This document shows, piece by piece, positions 25,601 through 35,000 of a stretch of DNA of 64,000 nt; position 1 is the stretch's first letter; every line of letters begins with the position of its first letter. The notes under the pieces were generated by a model, which saw only the letters and a list, made by a program, of their open reading frames with translations, was not told the origin of the DNA and did not search any database. A program made the translations under genes and the position numbers. Where the stretch lies: positions 62,001 to 126,000 of the IMG/VR virus record IMGVR_UViG_3300017917_001996, one strand, 5' to 3'.

Positions 25601-26600
25601 TTGGCAGTCTACCTGAAGTTAATGTATATGTATACGGTGCAGTACCACCAGCAGCAGAAATATTGCCACCAGTATAACCAACTCTGACTAACACAACAGG
25701 TAATGTCAATGGTGACAAAGTTATATCGATAGTTTCAATGCTTAGATTGTATGACTTCAATCCAAAGTTTCCGTACTGGTCAGTTACTTTTACTGTAAAA
25801 TCTGCTCTACCATCAACTGTAGGGGTTCCAGAAATTAAACCCGAACTAGACATGGACATACCAGTTGGTAAACTACCGGAATAAAATGTAAACGTATAAG
25901 GCGCAGTACCACCGGATGCAACTAATTGCAAAGGAGGATATGCTCGGTTTATTATGCCGTTTGGCGTAGACAATGGTTGTATTGCAACTACTACAGCAAC
26001 TATGGTAATAGAATACTCTTTAAGTCCTACGTCCATGTTTGCATCTGTAGCTGAGATACCAAACGTTGTGGATCCAACCGATGTTGGGGTTCCAGATATA
26101 ATACCAGTTGGAGATATTGTCAAACCTGCAGGTAGTACACCATAAACTAAATTATATGTATAAGGCCCTTGTCCACCGGATGCACTAATCTGTGTAGAAG
26201 TATAAGGGGTGTTAATACTTCCACTAGGTAATGTTGCAGGTGTAATATTAATCGGTACCGTTGAATCCTCAATGGTCCAGAACATGTCTGTATCATCTAA
26301 GTCGGGTGAAGTTATACTAAATGTAATTGTTTCACCTTCATTGTATGTAGGCTTGTCTGTTACAATTGAATAAGGGACCGAACTACCACCATAGAAATTG
26401 CTAATTGCTAAAGCACCTGTTTTAGGTATCGGAGTTTCAATGTTCAATGGATAACCTACTCTGTCGCTGCTAACGTAACCCGAAGGAGCACCGGCATAGT
26501 ACTCACTAAAGTTAGTCGGTGCTTCGCCGCCGTACTCAGCTTCAATATTACTTAGAGTAAGTAATGTGTAAGGGTTAGTTGTCCAAAACGGTAAACTCAT
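22629..26600 (-). CDS. Tail fibre/adhesin-like protein with putative Ig (He_PIG-like) repeats
   Basis: About eight repeats P..LP.......Y...L.A.GG.APYTF....G.LP.GL.L...G.ISGTPT; Pro-rich linker near the C-terminus. Confidence 0.8.
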   Translation of the reverse strand: MSLPFWTTNPYTLLTLSNIEAEYGGEAPTNFSEYYAGAPSGYVSSDRVGYPLNIETPIPKTGALAISNFYGGSSVPYSIVTDKPTYNEGETITFSITSPDLDDTDMFWTIEDSTVPINITPATLPSGSINTPYTSTQISASGGQGPYTYNLVYGVLPAGLTISPTGIISGTPTSVGSTTFGISATDANMDVGLKEYSITIVAVVVAIQPLSTPNGIINRAYPPLQLVASGGTAPYTFTFYSGSLPTGMSMSSSGLISGTPTVDGRADFTVKVTDQYGNFGLKSYNLSIETIDITLSPLTLPVVLVRVGYTGGNISAAGGTAPYTYTLTSGRLPTGISLSSSSGALSGTTTEVGTFLFTVKAVDSNTNSGQQNFSLQVTTVDLTLNPATLPGGLKNTPYEQTLSVTGGIGPYTYSLLTGTLPMGLSLVGNKITGTPTVVQSSVFKIKVVDSNGNSTDATYTIGIAAVNITIEPDSLEAAIKGTEYSEQLTATGGVAPYVFNVVDTLPPGLTLNQQGYLSGTPTTTGIHSFSVEAIDNNTNSGTKSYSLSVLSNVWQIALRGKGPAPVFVDEGDMLTFDVSAPASLNTSVSAYLIFGAPKNTDAQDIYYSTDEISIVNRTGSIEVRVNADYITETVEFANVWLEYPRGTLVATYGNVSINDTAKTPTSGCDGELILDAGDPEPAAAYSSFSYTLSVSNGTGPYTWTQVSGTLPTGLTFFAANATVAGLPTTPVTNRAVIYRARDSQGLSGYCTYNFTITAPEITISPETLNDGVVGESYTQIFTASGGATPYTFTVTAGTLPAGFTFNGSTLTGVPTSKDPATFTITAKDVHNFTGSQQYTISFDTAPIEVKPYTIPDLWVQSPYSVQFSAAGGAAPYTYNIDSATPLPAGLSMSNTGLLSGTPAELSTDSYPGSASFKVIVTDRYGDTGEESYSVAINALYVGAPGDNTLTHAQRIKKLFRDVTSGFNFITTITASGGTAPYNFSLLYGTLPGWTLTQVTQDTVSIGGLTKGKGTTTFTIKVTDALGRSRLIAPSAYIFPLVKPAMATTYYYNTFPDNELVGYNGGGILVFTYVVFRTDGSWEIQYTDKNLNRRYIDRGNWYDGQIDINTDGRAISVASTTSSGTPVWSIKTYLAGQQIVTAWTAALWSDKRETESASLRLFWNGRTDPSEEYIWRLNIGWSSPPPPPPPPPSPVPTPVPSPVPSPVPTPVPAPTPAATYVFQVDKDWVDIPFGDTTFDIWLKTTNVPAGTLVPFSVGSDNYNNYIPGGVTFPSSRNFRIGSNGIGYIQITFNQPYMGTFDFNLRIYLTNKPTVEQWIEIICSE
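22965..23058 (-). repeat. Pro-rich coding tandem repeat
   Basis: Imperfect 12-nt units encoding (P-S/T-P-V)n after a poly-Pro run. Confidence 0.8.
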
Positions 26601-26605
26601 TTTAA

Positions 26606-29600
26606 TTATGCTTTAATCAATTTAATATTATCTAGATACAAACTTGCCCCAAGTGCCTGGCCGCCCGATGCATCATAACTTCCGCTAACGAAAATAAATC
26701 TATAAGTTCCTAGGTCTCCTGAAGAAAATGTTTTAGTAACTTTAGTCCAAGATGTAGTTGATCCATTAGAATCTAAAAGTATAATAGTCTTGCCATTAGT
26801 TTCATCTAGTAAGTACGCAAACACATCGAAGTCGTCGTCGCCGCCTTCGGCCTTCCACCAGAATTCGGCTGTATCCCCAACTGCAACACTAATCAGACTA
26901 TCACTGATAACATAAGGGCCTCTTAATATACCATAAGGTGCAGTAGTGTTTCCGCTGGTACTTTGTAAGCGCAAAACGTTGCTTCCATCGCCCCCTGGTG
27001 ATCCTGCCACAAACGAATATTGATATGTTGCTGTTCCGCTAGGTGCATCACCGTATGGTGTCGGTGCGCTTCTCGGACTAGGTGTAGGATCATTAGGAGT
27101 TGGATAACCTAAAATTGTACTGAATCCACTTAGTCGCACTGATTGCAAATATATCTTCCAACCAGGAATTTGCACAGTTGTACCAGACTGTGAAACAGGC
27201 GTAGTTGTTTCAAAAGTTCCGTTGGTAAATGTTGGTACAACAGGTATTGCTGTAACTGTGACTGTATAACTTCTTGTATGCCCAGTTGCATTAAACGTAA
27301 AGTTATATGTATATACTCCTGCACCACTTGCAGAGAAATCTATGTTTACAAATGTAAAACTTCCACTAGAGTCTAGTGTACCGCTGCCACTGGCTGCTGC
27401 TGCTGCGCCAGACCCAGTATAACTGAAAGTTGTATTAGGCACGCCATTTGCAATAACAACGTTGATAGGTACCGCTGTAGTTGTAGTTGCAGGTCCAGTG
27501 ATTGTCTCATTAACTGTTAAACTGGTATCGGCAATTGTAACTGCTGATGCAGTTGCTACAACAGTACCACTTAGCGAACCTACACGCAATTCTATCGTTA
27601 CAGTTTCGCTGCCTTCAGTTGACAAATCATTTTTTAATTTAAGATTCAAAGATCCAGCTTGGCTATTAATAGTTACTGTGCCGCTGCTAGTATTTTGATC
27701 AAAGTCGCTAGCGGCTGACGTTCCAACATTTTTCCAGTATATTACAGTACCGTCAACAATCGAAGTTGTTGCTATATTCCAGATAATAGTGTCACCTTCG
27801 TTTGCTGTTGATTTATTAGGAGTAATTGTAAACGTCTGTAAATCCGATATCGTGACTGTTGGTGCTGTTGCCAACGACGGACCAGTTGATGAACCAAATC
27901 TTAAACTTAGTAAAATGGTTCTAGTATTTGGAGAACTTAATACCCCGCCGTTAGCTGCAATATTTCGGGTAATTGTTCCTGCATTATTTGTAATTGTTAC
28001 AGTTCCAGATTGCACACTGTCGGTAAAATCGGAAACTGTCGACGTACCAGATGTAACCCAATATAGAACTGTACCATCTGATACGTTAGTCGTACTAAGT
28101 TGATATGCAACTGCTTGACCTTCATAGACTGTAATTTTGTCTGGTGTAATTGTATAGGTTGCACTGCTGACAGTATAGGTAGGTGCATCTGACAGAATTA
28201 ATGCGCCAGTCGATGAAAATAGCTTTACAGTAGATGACCATGAGCCACCGCCCAGTGCATCTGTACCACCTGTTGTAGGTGCAGTGTAATTCTTTGTACC
28301 AGATGTAAAGTATTGTGTGTTGTCGTTGGTCGTTACGCTGTTAAATCTTTCAATTTTAACATATGACCCAGCTGGAGGATTTATTGTATCCCATCTCAGC
28401 ATTACTGTTGCGCCCCTTGGAGAAATGCTAGGTGTAATGTTAGCTGTAAAACTCGGTGTCATTGACGTATCATTGACATTAACTCTACCGTATGTTACTT
28501 TTCTTGTTCCACGAGGATACTCAACCCAGACATCAAAATACTCAGATCCTTCTGTTAAGGCATCTGCAACAATTTGCATCGTTGCTACTCCAACACCGTT
28601 GGTAATTACAATTTGATCATTGGTTCGACTTATGTCTGCACTTGTTGTAGTTGCCGGATTTCCTACACTCAAATACGCCACTAAATCAGCTGGTTGTGTC
28701 TCCGGAGACAGCACTCTAAATGTTAAGGTTGTTCCTTCATTGATTGACACTGGAGCAGGACCGTGTGTATCTAACGTTATAGTCCACTGGTCGGAAAGAA
28801 TTTTTAAATTGTATGCCCTAGTAGCTTCGTTACCGTTAACGTCGACTACTTTAACACCGACGTTTTGCAGACCTGAATCAACTGGAGTACCAGATAGTAG
28901 GCCAGCTGCTGATAAAGTTAGGCCAGCTGGAATAGAATCCAGGACCGACCATGTATAAGGTGCTTGTCCACCAGTGGCGCTTAATTGCTGACTGTAAGAA
29001 AAATTCTGTTTAGCGTTTTCTAATGTTCCAGGATTAATTGTAATAACTACCGGATCAACCCGTAAAAAATAGTCTCTACTTCCTGTGTTTGTTGATATAT
29101 CTGTAGCAGTAACTTTAAAGAGAACATTTCCTGCGATTAAAGGTCTTCCGGTAATAGTACCGTTTGAATTTAAAGTTAAACCCAAAGGCAAGCTACCCGA
29201 AGTTAACGTGTAAACGTACGAACCATCACCGCCTGTGGCTGTTAAAGTTTGAGAATAAGGAACACGATGTGGTGCTGGTGCTAACGGATATGGGTTAACT
29301 ATTATTTCCGGAGTAAGAACAGTCAAATTATAATTTCTAAACCCAGTATTATATTCAGCATCGGTGGCTATAATGTTGAATAGGTAACCACCGACACCAG
29401 TTGTTGCTCCAGAAATTCTACCCTCTGGCGATAATGTCATGCCCGGAGGTAGCGACCCGCTGCCTATTCTAAACGAATAAGGAGCAACACCATTACTCGC
29501 TGTTATTGTTGCATTATACGGTCTGCCTCGGTTAGCAGTAAGAAGCTGTGCAGGACTTAAAGCTAACTCAATGGTTACATCTTCAATAGTCCAGAACAGT

Positions 29601-29920
29601 GTTGCATTGTCGCGGTCTGGTGCAGTTATACTAAAGGTGACTATTTCGCCTTCGTTGTAAGTTTGCTTGTCAGGATTAATAGCATAAGGAACTTGACTAG
29701 CACCATAAAAGCTACTTATAGAAATAACATTGCCAGCTGTTGGAATTGGTGTTTCAACACCAAAGGGGTATCCTACTCTATCAAAGCTAACATACCCGTT
29801 AGAATCCTGTGTTCTATAGTAATCACTAATTTCTGCCGGTATATTACCTTCGAATTCAGTTTTAATATTAGCAACTGTTAGTGGAGTATACGGGCCAACT
29901 GACCAAACTGGTAAAGTCAC
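26606..29920 (-). CDS. Tail fibre/adhesin-like protein (Ig and Calx-beta-like repeats, C-terminal jelly-roll-like domain)
   Basis: GTG start; first ~110 aa align with the N-terminus of 22629-26600. Confidence 0.8.
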   Translation of the reverse strand: MTLPVWSVGPYTPLTVANIKTEFEGNIPAEISDYYRTQDSNGYVSFDRVGYPFGVETPIPTAGNVISISSFYGASQVPYAINPDKQTYNEGEIVTFSITAPDRDNATLFWTIEDVTIELALSPAQLLTANRGRPYNATITASNGVAPYSFRIGSGSLPPGMTLSPEGRISGATTGVGGYLFNIIATDAEYNTGFRNYNLTVLTPEIIVNPYPLAPAPHRVPYSQTLTATGGDGSYVYTLTSGSLPLGLTLNSNGTITGRPLIAGNVLFKVTATDISTNTGSRDYFLRVDPVVITINPGTLENAKQNFSYSQQLSATGGQAPYTWSVLDSIPAGLTLSAAGLLSGTPVDSGLQNVGVKVVDVNGNEATRAYNLKILSDQWTITLDTHGPAPVSINEGTTLTFRVLSPETQPADLVAYLSVGNPATTTSADISRTNDQIVITNGVGVATMQIVADALTEGSEYFDVWVEYPRGTRKVTYGRVNVNDTSMTPSFTANITPSISPRGATVMLRWDTINPPAGSYVKIERFNSVTTNDNTQYFTSGTKNYTAPTTGGTDALGGGSWSSTVKLFSSTGALILSDAPTYTVSSATYTITPDKITVYEGQAVAYQLSTTNVSDGTVLYWVTSGTSTVSDFTDSVQSGTVTITNNAGTITRNIAANGGVLSSPNTRTILLSLRFGSSTGPSLATAPTVTISDLQTFTITPNKSTANEGDTIIWNIATTSIVDGTVIYWKNVGTSAASDFDQNTSSGTVTINSQAGSLNLKLKNDLSTEGSETVTIELRVGSLSGTVVATASAVTIADTSLTVNETITGPATTTTAVPINVVIANGVPNTTFSYTGSGAAAAASGSGTLDSSGSFTFVNIDFSASGAGVYTYNFTFNATGHTRSYTVTVTAIPVVPTFTNGTFETTTPVSQSGTTVQIPGWKIYLQSVRLSGFSTILGYPTPNDPTPSPRSAPTPYGDAPSGTATYQYSFVAGSPGGDGSNVLRLQSTSGNTTAPYGILRGPYVISDSLISVAVGDTAEFWWKAEGGDDDFDVFAYLLDETNGKTIILLDSNGSTTSWTKVTKTFSSGDLGTYRFIFVSGSYDASGGQALGASLYLDNIKLIKA

Positions 29921-29942
29921 GTTTGTTTCCTAGTCGTTAATA

Positions 29943-31157
29943 TTAAGCTGCTTTGAGACTATCAATTTCCTTTTTCAGATCCTTGATTGCTTCAATTAGT
30001 AATGGTACAAGTTTTTCGTAACGAACTGCCAAATAACCGTTATCTCTAGTAGTAACTGCTTCTGGTTGAACTTGTTGAACTTGCTGAGCAATAACGCCAG
30101 GTTCTCTAACTGTCGGATCCTTGTCTTCTGCTAGCTCATTCCAATTGAATGTAACCCCATCAAGAGACATCACTTTAGCGATTGCATTGTCAATGGTCTG
30201 AATATTGGTTTTTAAATGTTTGTCAGATGTGTAATAAGCAACTACGTCGCCGTTGGCTCTAATAGTACCACCAGCAGTAATATTGTTTACTACAGTAACG
30301 TTACCTTGACATTCTACTGTTTTATCTCCAAGGATGCTCATTGACGTCACAGGAGTAGTAGTACCTACCGAAGTAGTCTGGAAAACTATCTTAGTACCGT
30401 TGGCTCCTTGCGCCCATGCCTCAGTGGCTTGGAAAGAAATAGAAGCCTTGTTAGTTGTATAGCCATCGCCGTTGAAACCTTGTGCACCAATGACGCCTAG
30501 GTGATCGTTGGCGTTTACTGATTGAATAGCAGAACTAGTTCCGTTTGCTCTTCTAAGTGCTACCACGGATGTGTTATTAACACTATAATTACCAGCTGCA
30601 ACTGTACCACCATAAGAATCTAGTAGTACTGTCTGGCCTGACCCGTTATTGCTGTGTACGTGTATTGTAGTATTGCTGTTAGGTGATGCAGGTTGCACCG
30701 TAGTATTCGGTCCTGCGTTAATTACTAACTTAGAACTAGCTTCGAGTACGCCTAAACCAAAGTTACCTGTACTAGGCGTAAAAACTAAGCCTTTAGTAGC
30801 CGACACTTTAACAGTCGGAAAGCCCGAGCTTTGTGCAACAAAAGTAATATAGTGTGGTGCGGCTGTAACGTTGTCATTTAAAATAGTCGGCTTGCTAGTT
30901 GATACCCAAGCACTGGCATTCCAAACTTTTAGTTCTTTGGTACCAGTATCAAACCATAGTTGTCCAGTCAATGGACTCGACGGACTCGAGTCGTTAGCAA
31001 AATGCTCTACTATACGAACAAAGTTTTCGTTTACGTATTCACCGTAACCAGAATAATTCTTACCGACTAGTGCAATCGATGTTGTAGTCAAATCGGCTTG
31101 CCCATCCTCAACGATGGTTAGCGTATTACCGTTTGACAAATTTATTGTATATGCCAT
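29943..31157 (-). CDS. Tail fibre with C-terminal intramolecular chaperone (peptidase S74)
   Basis: YTSDKHLKTNI...GVIAQQV....PEAV.......LAVRYEKLVPLLIEAIKDL coiled-coil end. Confidence 0.9.
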   Translation of the reverse strand: MAYTINLSNGNTLTIVEDGQADLTTTSIALVGKNYSGYGEYVNENFVRIVEHFANDSSPSSPLTGQLWFDTGTKELKVWNASAWVSTSKPTILNDNVTAAPHYITFVAQSSGFPTVKVSATKGLVFTPSTGNFGLGVLEASSKLVINAGPNTTVQPASPNSNTTIHVHSNNGSGQTVLLDSYGGTVAAGNYSVNNTSVVALRRANGTSSAIQSVNANDHLGVIGAQGFNGDGYTTNKASISFQATEAWAQGANGTKIVFQTTSVGTTTPVTSMSILGDKTVECQGNVTVVNNITAGGTIRANGDVVAYYTSDKHLKTNIQTIDNAIAKVMSLDGVTFNWNELAEDKDPTVREPGVIAQQVQQVQPEAVTTRDNGYLAVRYEKLVPLLIEAIKDLKKEIDSLKAA

Positions 31158-31199
31158 GAATCTTTAACTCCAATATTAATATTTACTCATTTAAACAGT

Positions 31200-31826
31200 T
31201 TAACCAATACCCGTTAAGTTAGTTAGGGATTGAATACGGATTGTGTATTCGATTTGAATTAGCCTGTTAAGACTTTTTTGTACTGGATGAAACACAACAT
31301 GAGTTAAAAGTTTTCCTGAGCCGGCACCTGCTGGGCTCCATGCTTTAATTCCTAGCTCATCAAAAAGAAACGAATTTTCTGTATATGGTGCATTATCAAA
31401 TGCTAACTGGGTTGGTGGCTCACCGTAATCAAGTAAGCAAGTAATTAGAACATCAGTATAAACTGTACCCGGAATATGTCTAATTTCAATTTTGTTACGC
31501 AACGGATCGGGATTATTTTCACTGTTATCGTCAACAATTTTATAGTATGTAGGATTATACAAATCTGCATTCTGTGTGTTGACGTTAGGCGGAAGATAGT
31601 TGATAATTCCGGTTGGATCTATATTTGTTCCGCCGTTACCAAAGTGCATTTCATAAATGTAATTTGTTTTCTTATTTGCTAGGCTGTAGGCTAGTGCCTC
31701 ACTCATATTTTCAAAATGAATAGCATTCTTTTTATCAACCAACACAATATGGTTTTCTGGATCAGTAACGTCCAGAATCTTAACCATTCCGATCATGTTT
31801 GGGTTTAATGTCTCTTGTGTTTGCAT
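31200..31826 (-). CDS. Virion structural protein (baseplate/tail associated)
   Basis: Inside the structural module; KKNAIHFENMS...FDELG...THVVFHPVQKSLNR.IQI.YT pattern. Confidence 0.7.
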   Translation of the reverse strand: MQTQETLNPNMIGMVKILDVTDPENHIVLVDKKNAIHFENMSEALAYSLANKKTNYIYEMHFGNGGTNIDPTGIINYLPPNVNTQNADLYNPTYYKIVDDNSENNPDPLRNKIEIRHIPGTVYTDVLITCLLDYGEPPTQLAFDNAPYTENSFLFDELGIKAWSPAGAGSGKLLTHVVFHPVQKSLNRLIQIEYTIRIQSLTNLTGIG

Positions 31827-31827
31827 G

Positions 31828-31986
31828 TTAATCGCGCCCTTGCACTAGTATTTCTCCTGACTCAGGGTCAAATATCTTTAAAAATCCTTGAACTACCGTG
31901 CCAGATTTTTCATCTGGTTTTGGTAGTTTATTTTCAGACTCGTTTGTATTTTTTCCATCTGAATCGATGTTATCATTATTTATCAT
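31828..31986 (-). CDS. Small hypothetical virion-module protein
   Basis: ATG 31986; C-terminal GFLKIFDPESGEILV. Confidence 0.6.
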   Translation of the reverse strand: MINNDNIDSDGKNTNESENKLPKPDEKSGTVVQGFLKIFDPESGEILVQGRD

Positions 31987-32002
31987 AAAAATTACCCCGG
32001 TT

Positions 32003-35000
32003 TTAATCAGTACTTGGCGTATTTCCACCTTCAACCATAGTGCCTGCAGAATGCACAATTGGTGCGCCAGTGCCGCCTGTTCCTCGTCTTATATTACTTA
32101 AGACGTTAGTAGAAATCTTAGCAGAATATTCTATCCTTTCGCCATTTACGTAAATGACGCCAGGTGTCGACGGTGATACCGGAGTTATTAGTACAGAACC
32201 GTCATCGACAGTAATAGTTGTGTCATTGATATTTAAATCTTGAGATAAAACAGTTCTGACGTTGGCTGCTACTACCACTTTGCTTCTGTCTTCTGCCATA
32301 CTGACAAATACTCGGTAACCTCCAACTACAACATTAGATTCATTTTTACGAATCATTCTTAGATTTAACGAATCAAAAACTGATCCAGGTAACAATTCTT
32401 GAGGTGAGTGGCTTAGTATTTCGCTTACAAATGCACCACCATTAATTGTTATATCTTCGGATGATATACCGCCGGCGCCACCGAATGCACTGGCACCAAT
32501 TGCAATTACTAATTTACCGGTACCTGTACCTGCTGCGGTTGCAGTAAAAATTACACCAAGTGTATTTTCTGGTGCACCCATGGCTACAAAGTTAGTATTA
32601 CCTAGTGTAGTAATAATGTACTTTTCGCCGACTGTAATCAAGTTTGGTGCGATAGTTTCGCCATTAAATGCACCCCCAGAAATAATAGAATCAATGTCAA
32701 CCGATGCAACAACATTAGCCTGCGGGTTGTCCAAACCGTCGATTAAACGATTTAAAATCTTAGGAACCATTGTTGCAGTCGGCTGATAGTAGGCCATAAT
32801 CCTGTCATTGGCATTATCAAAACTGCTAGACGATACAGGAGTCCACTTTGAAGGATCAAAATATACACTAGCCGCAATACCAATGCCTGTGTTATTCTTA
32901 TAACCCATGCCTTGATAACTTACATAACTTCCTGCACTGTATGCAGTATTGGATTGCCAATCTGTTACTGCACTGGTATATTGAACTCGGTCGAATCTAA
33001 TAACAGTTTTAACTTTACGAATCTTACCGTTATACAGTCTTGGCGAACCGATAGCGTTTCTAACATTAGTCAAAGATACTGTTGTTATATTGCTACTAAT
33101 AATATTACCGGTTACGTTGCTGGTTATATTGCTGTATACGTTAGCCGTCAAATTGGCATACTTACTCATTGGTGTATAGCCAGTTCCTGATATATTAACA
33201 ATCGGTGTATTGATATACCCGCTGCCAGTGTTAGTAACAGTTATTCTGTTAATACTACCATCAATTGAACTAATAGCAGCCTCAGCAGTTGCACCACTAC
33301 CGGTTGTGTCTGTGCTAATAATTGAAATATCAGGATTGTTTAAATGTCCTTTGCTGCGTTCAGCTATTTCTATACTAGCAACTTCATATGTATAATTGTT
33401 TGCCCAATCACGATACTTTGGATTAGTTGCCAACAATGTTGAGTCAATCGATAAGTCACCGCTAGGACTACGGAAACGTTCAAGATCGCTATCATAGTAT
33501 GGCGGTAAATCAAAGTCAGATACAGCAGCACCAGATGTTTCATCAGTTGCTGAATAGTTTAAATTGTACTCTCTAATCTTTGTTCTATATGGCTTGACTT
33601 CGTCGATATATTGTCTGTACAACTCTTGTTGATCTTTAATAAATGACGACGATTGTATCAATCCTTCAAACTTATGTGCAATAGATACAAAGCTAGTCTT
33701 AAAGATCCAGTCAACATATTTTTGTTCAGCTAAAATGTATTCAATTATTGCGAACAAGAACTTGTTGTAAAAGTTAGCTAAATCTTTGACAAATATATCT
33801 TCTTTGATTCCTTTAAGGATGTATCGTAACTCAATGGTAGAACCTAGGTCAAAGGGTCCAGAGTCAAAGCTATAAAAATCGTAGCCTTTTTTGTTATACA
33901 ACGAGTCGTTTAACTGTATTGTACCATCTTGTAAGCCAACAAGTTTTAGCTTACCTGCACGGTATTGGTATAGTTCAAATAAGTTGCCGCCATTATTACG
34001 AACTTTAACTACATCGTTAATAGACAATGGTAATGTGTATGTTTGATAAAAACTGTCAACGGTATAATTAATTTTGGTTTTACTGCTAAAACCTTTTTCG
34101 TACCAATCAACTTTTCTCCAGTAATTAGTAACGTCAAAAACTTGTACCTTAACCAAGGTAGCTGTACTATCAGCGTTCTTTTCGTAGACACTCCAGTAAT
34201 CATTGTAATTAGCGTCAGTAGCAACAAAAATTCTTCTTGGATAGCACAATCCAGTTCCTGTACCAGCAGCACTGGCAGTAAATACTGTACCTGGATTATT
34301 ATTAGCTGCACCTAGTGTCACAAAATTAGTAGTACCCGCTGATATGATAATATATTTCTTACCAGGAATTAACGCATTAGCTGCTAACTCTGGTACATAG
34401 TCAAGTTGAATATAGTTATCAACGTTGTAATCATACTCGCTTTCCGTTGGTGGAGTACTAGCGGCGTAAAAATTGTCAGAGTAAACAATTTCTTTGTTGA
34501 CAATTCTGCTAGTAATAGGGTATTGAATTAAGACCGAGTTAATGTAATCGACTACACTCTTAACTGCTTTTAATCTATCGATGATCAGAGTTTGTCTAGG
34601 CTGCTTACTCAAACCCAAACGATCCTTAGGCAGAAGACTTGGATCAGGAACCTTGTTGCCGCTGATATCTGCTCCAATTAAACTGTCAATTAGTTTTTCT
34701 TCAATTCTAGGATTTAGGATACTCTTGGAATTGCCTTCCTGGAATAACTCAAATTCACTGTGAATGATATCTTCGTTGACTTTTAATTTGTAATCAATAT
34801 GCAATGCTGTGTTAGTTCCAGATAAGAACTGTCCACAATTATAAAGCATAACGCTGTTGTCTTTTAAGACTGCAACATAAGATATTCCTTGCGACACCGG
34901 AGACTTGATCATTCCTGCAATAGTGTATGCACTGTGGGTCTTAGACCTCAAGGTTACTTCGGACCTTCCAGCAACCCAGTAGCAGTAACGAGTCTTAATT

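Noticed and set aside
17858-31157. Diversity-generating retroelement acting on the fibre genes
   Set aside because: No reverse transcriptase and no near-identical template/variable repeat pair differing at adenines is visible in the window.
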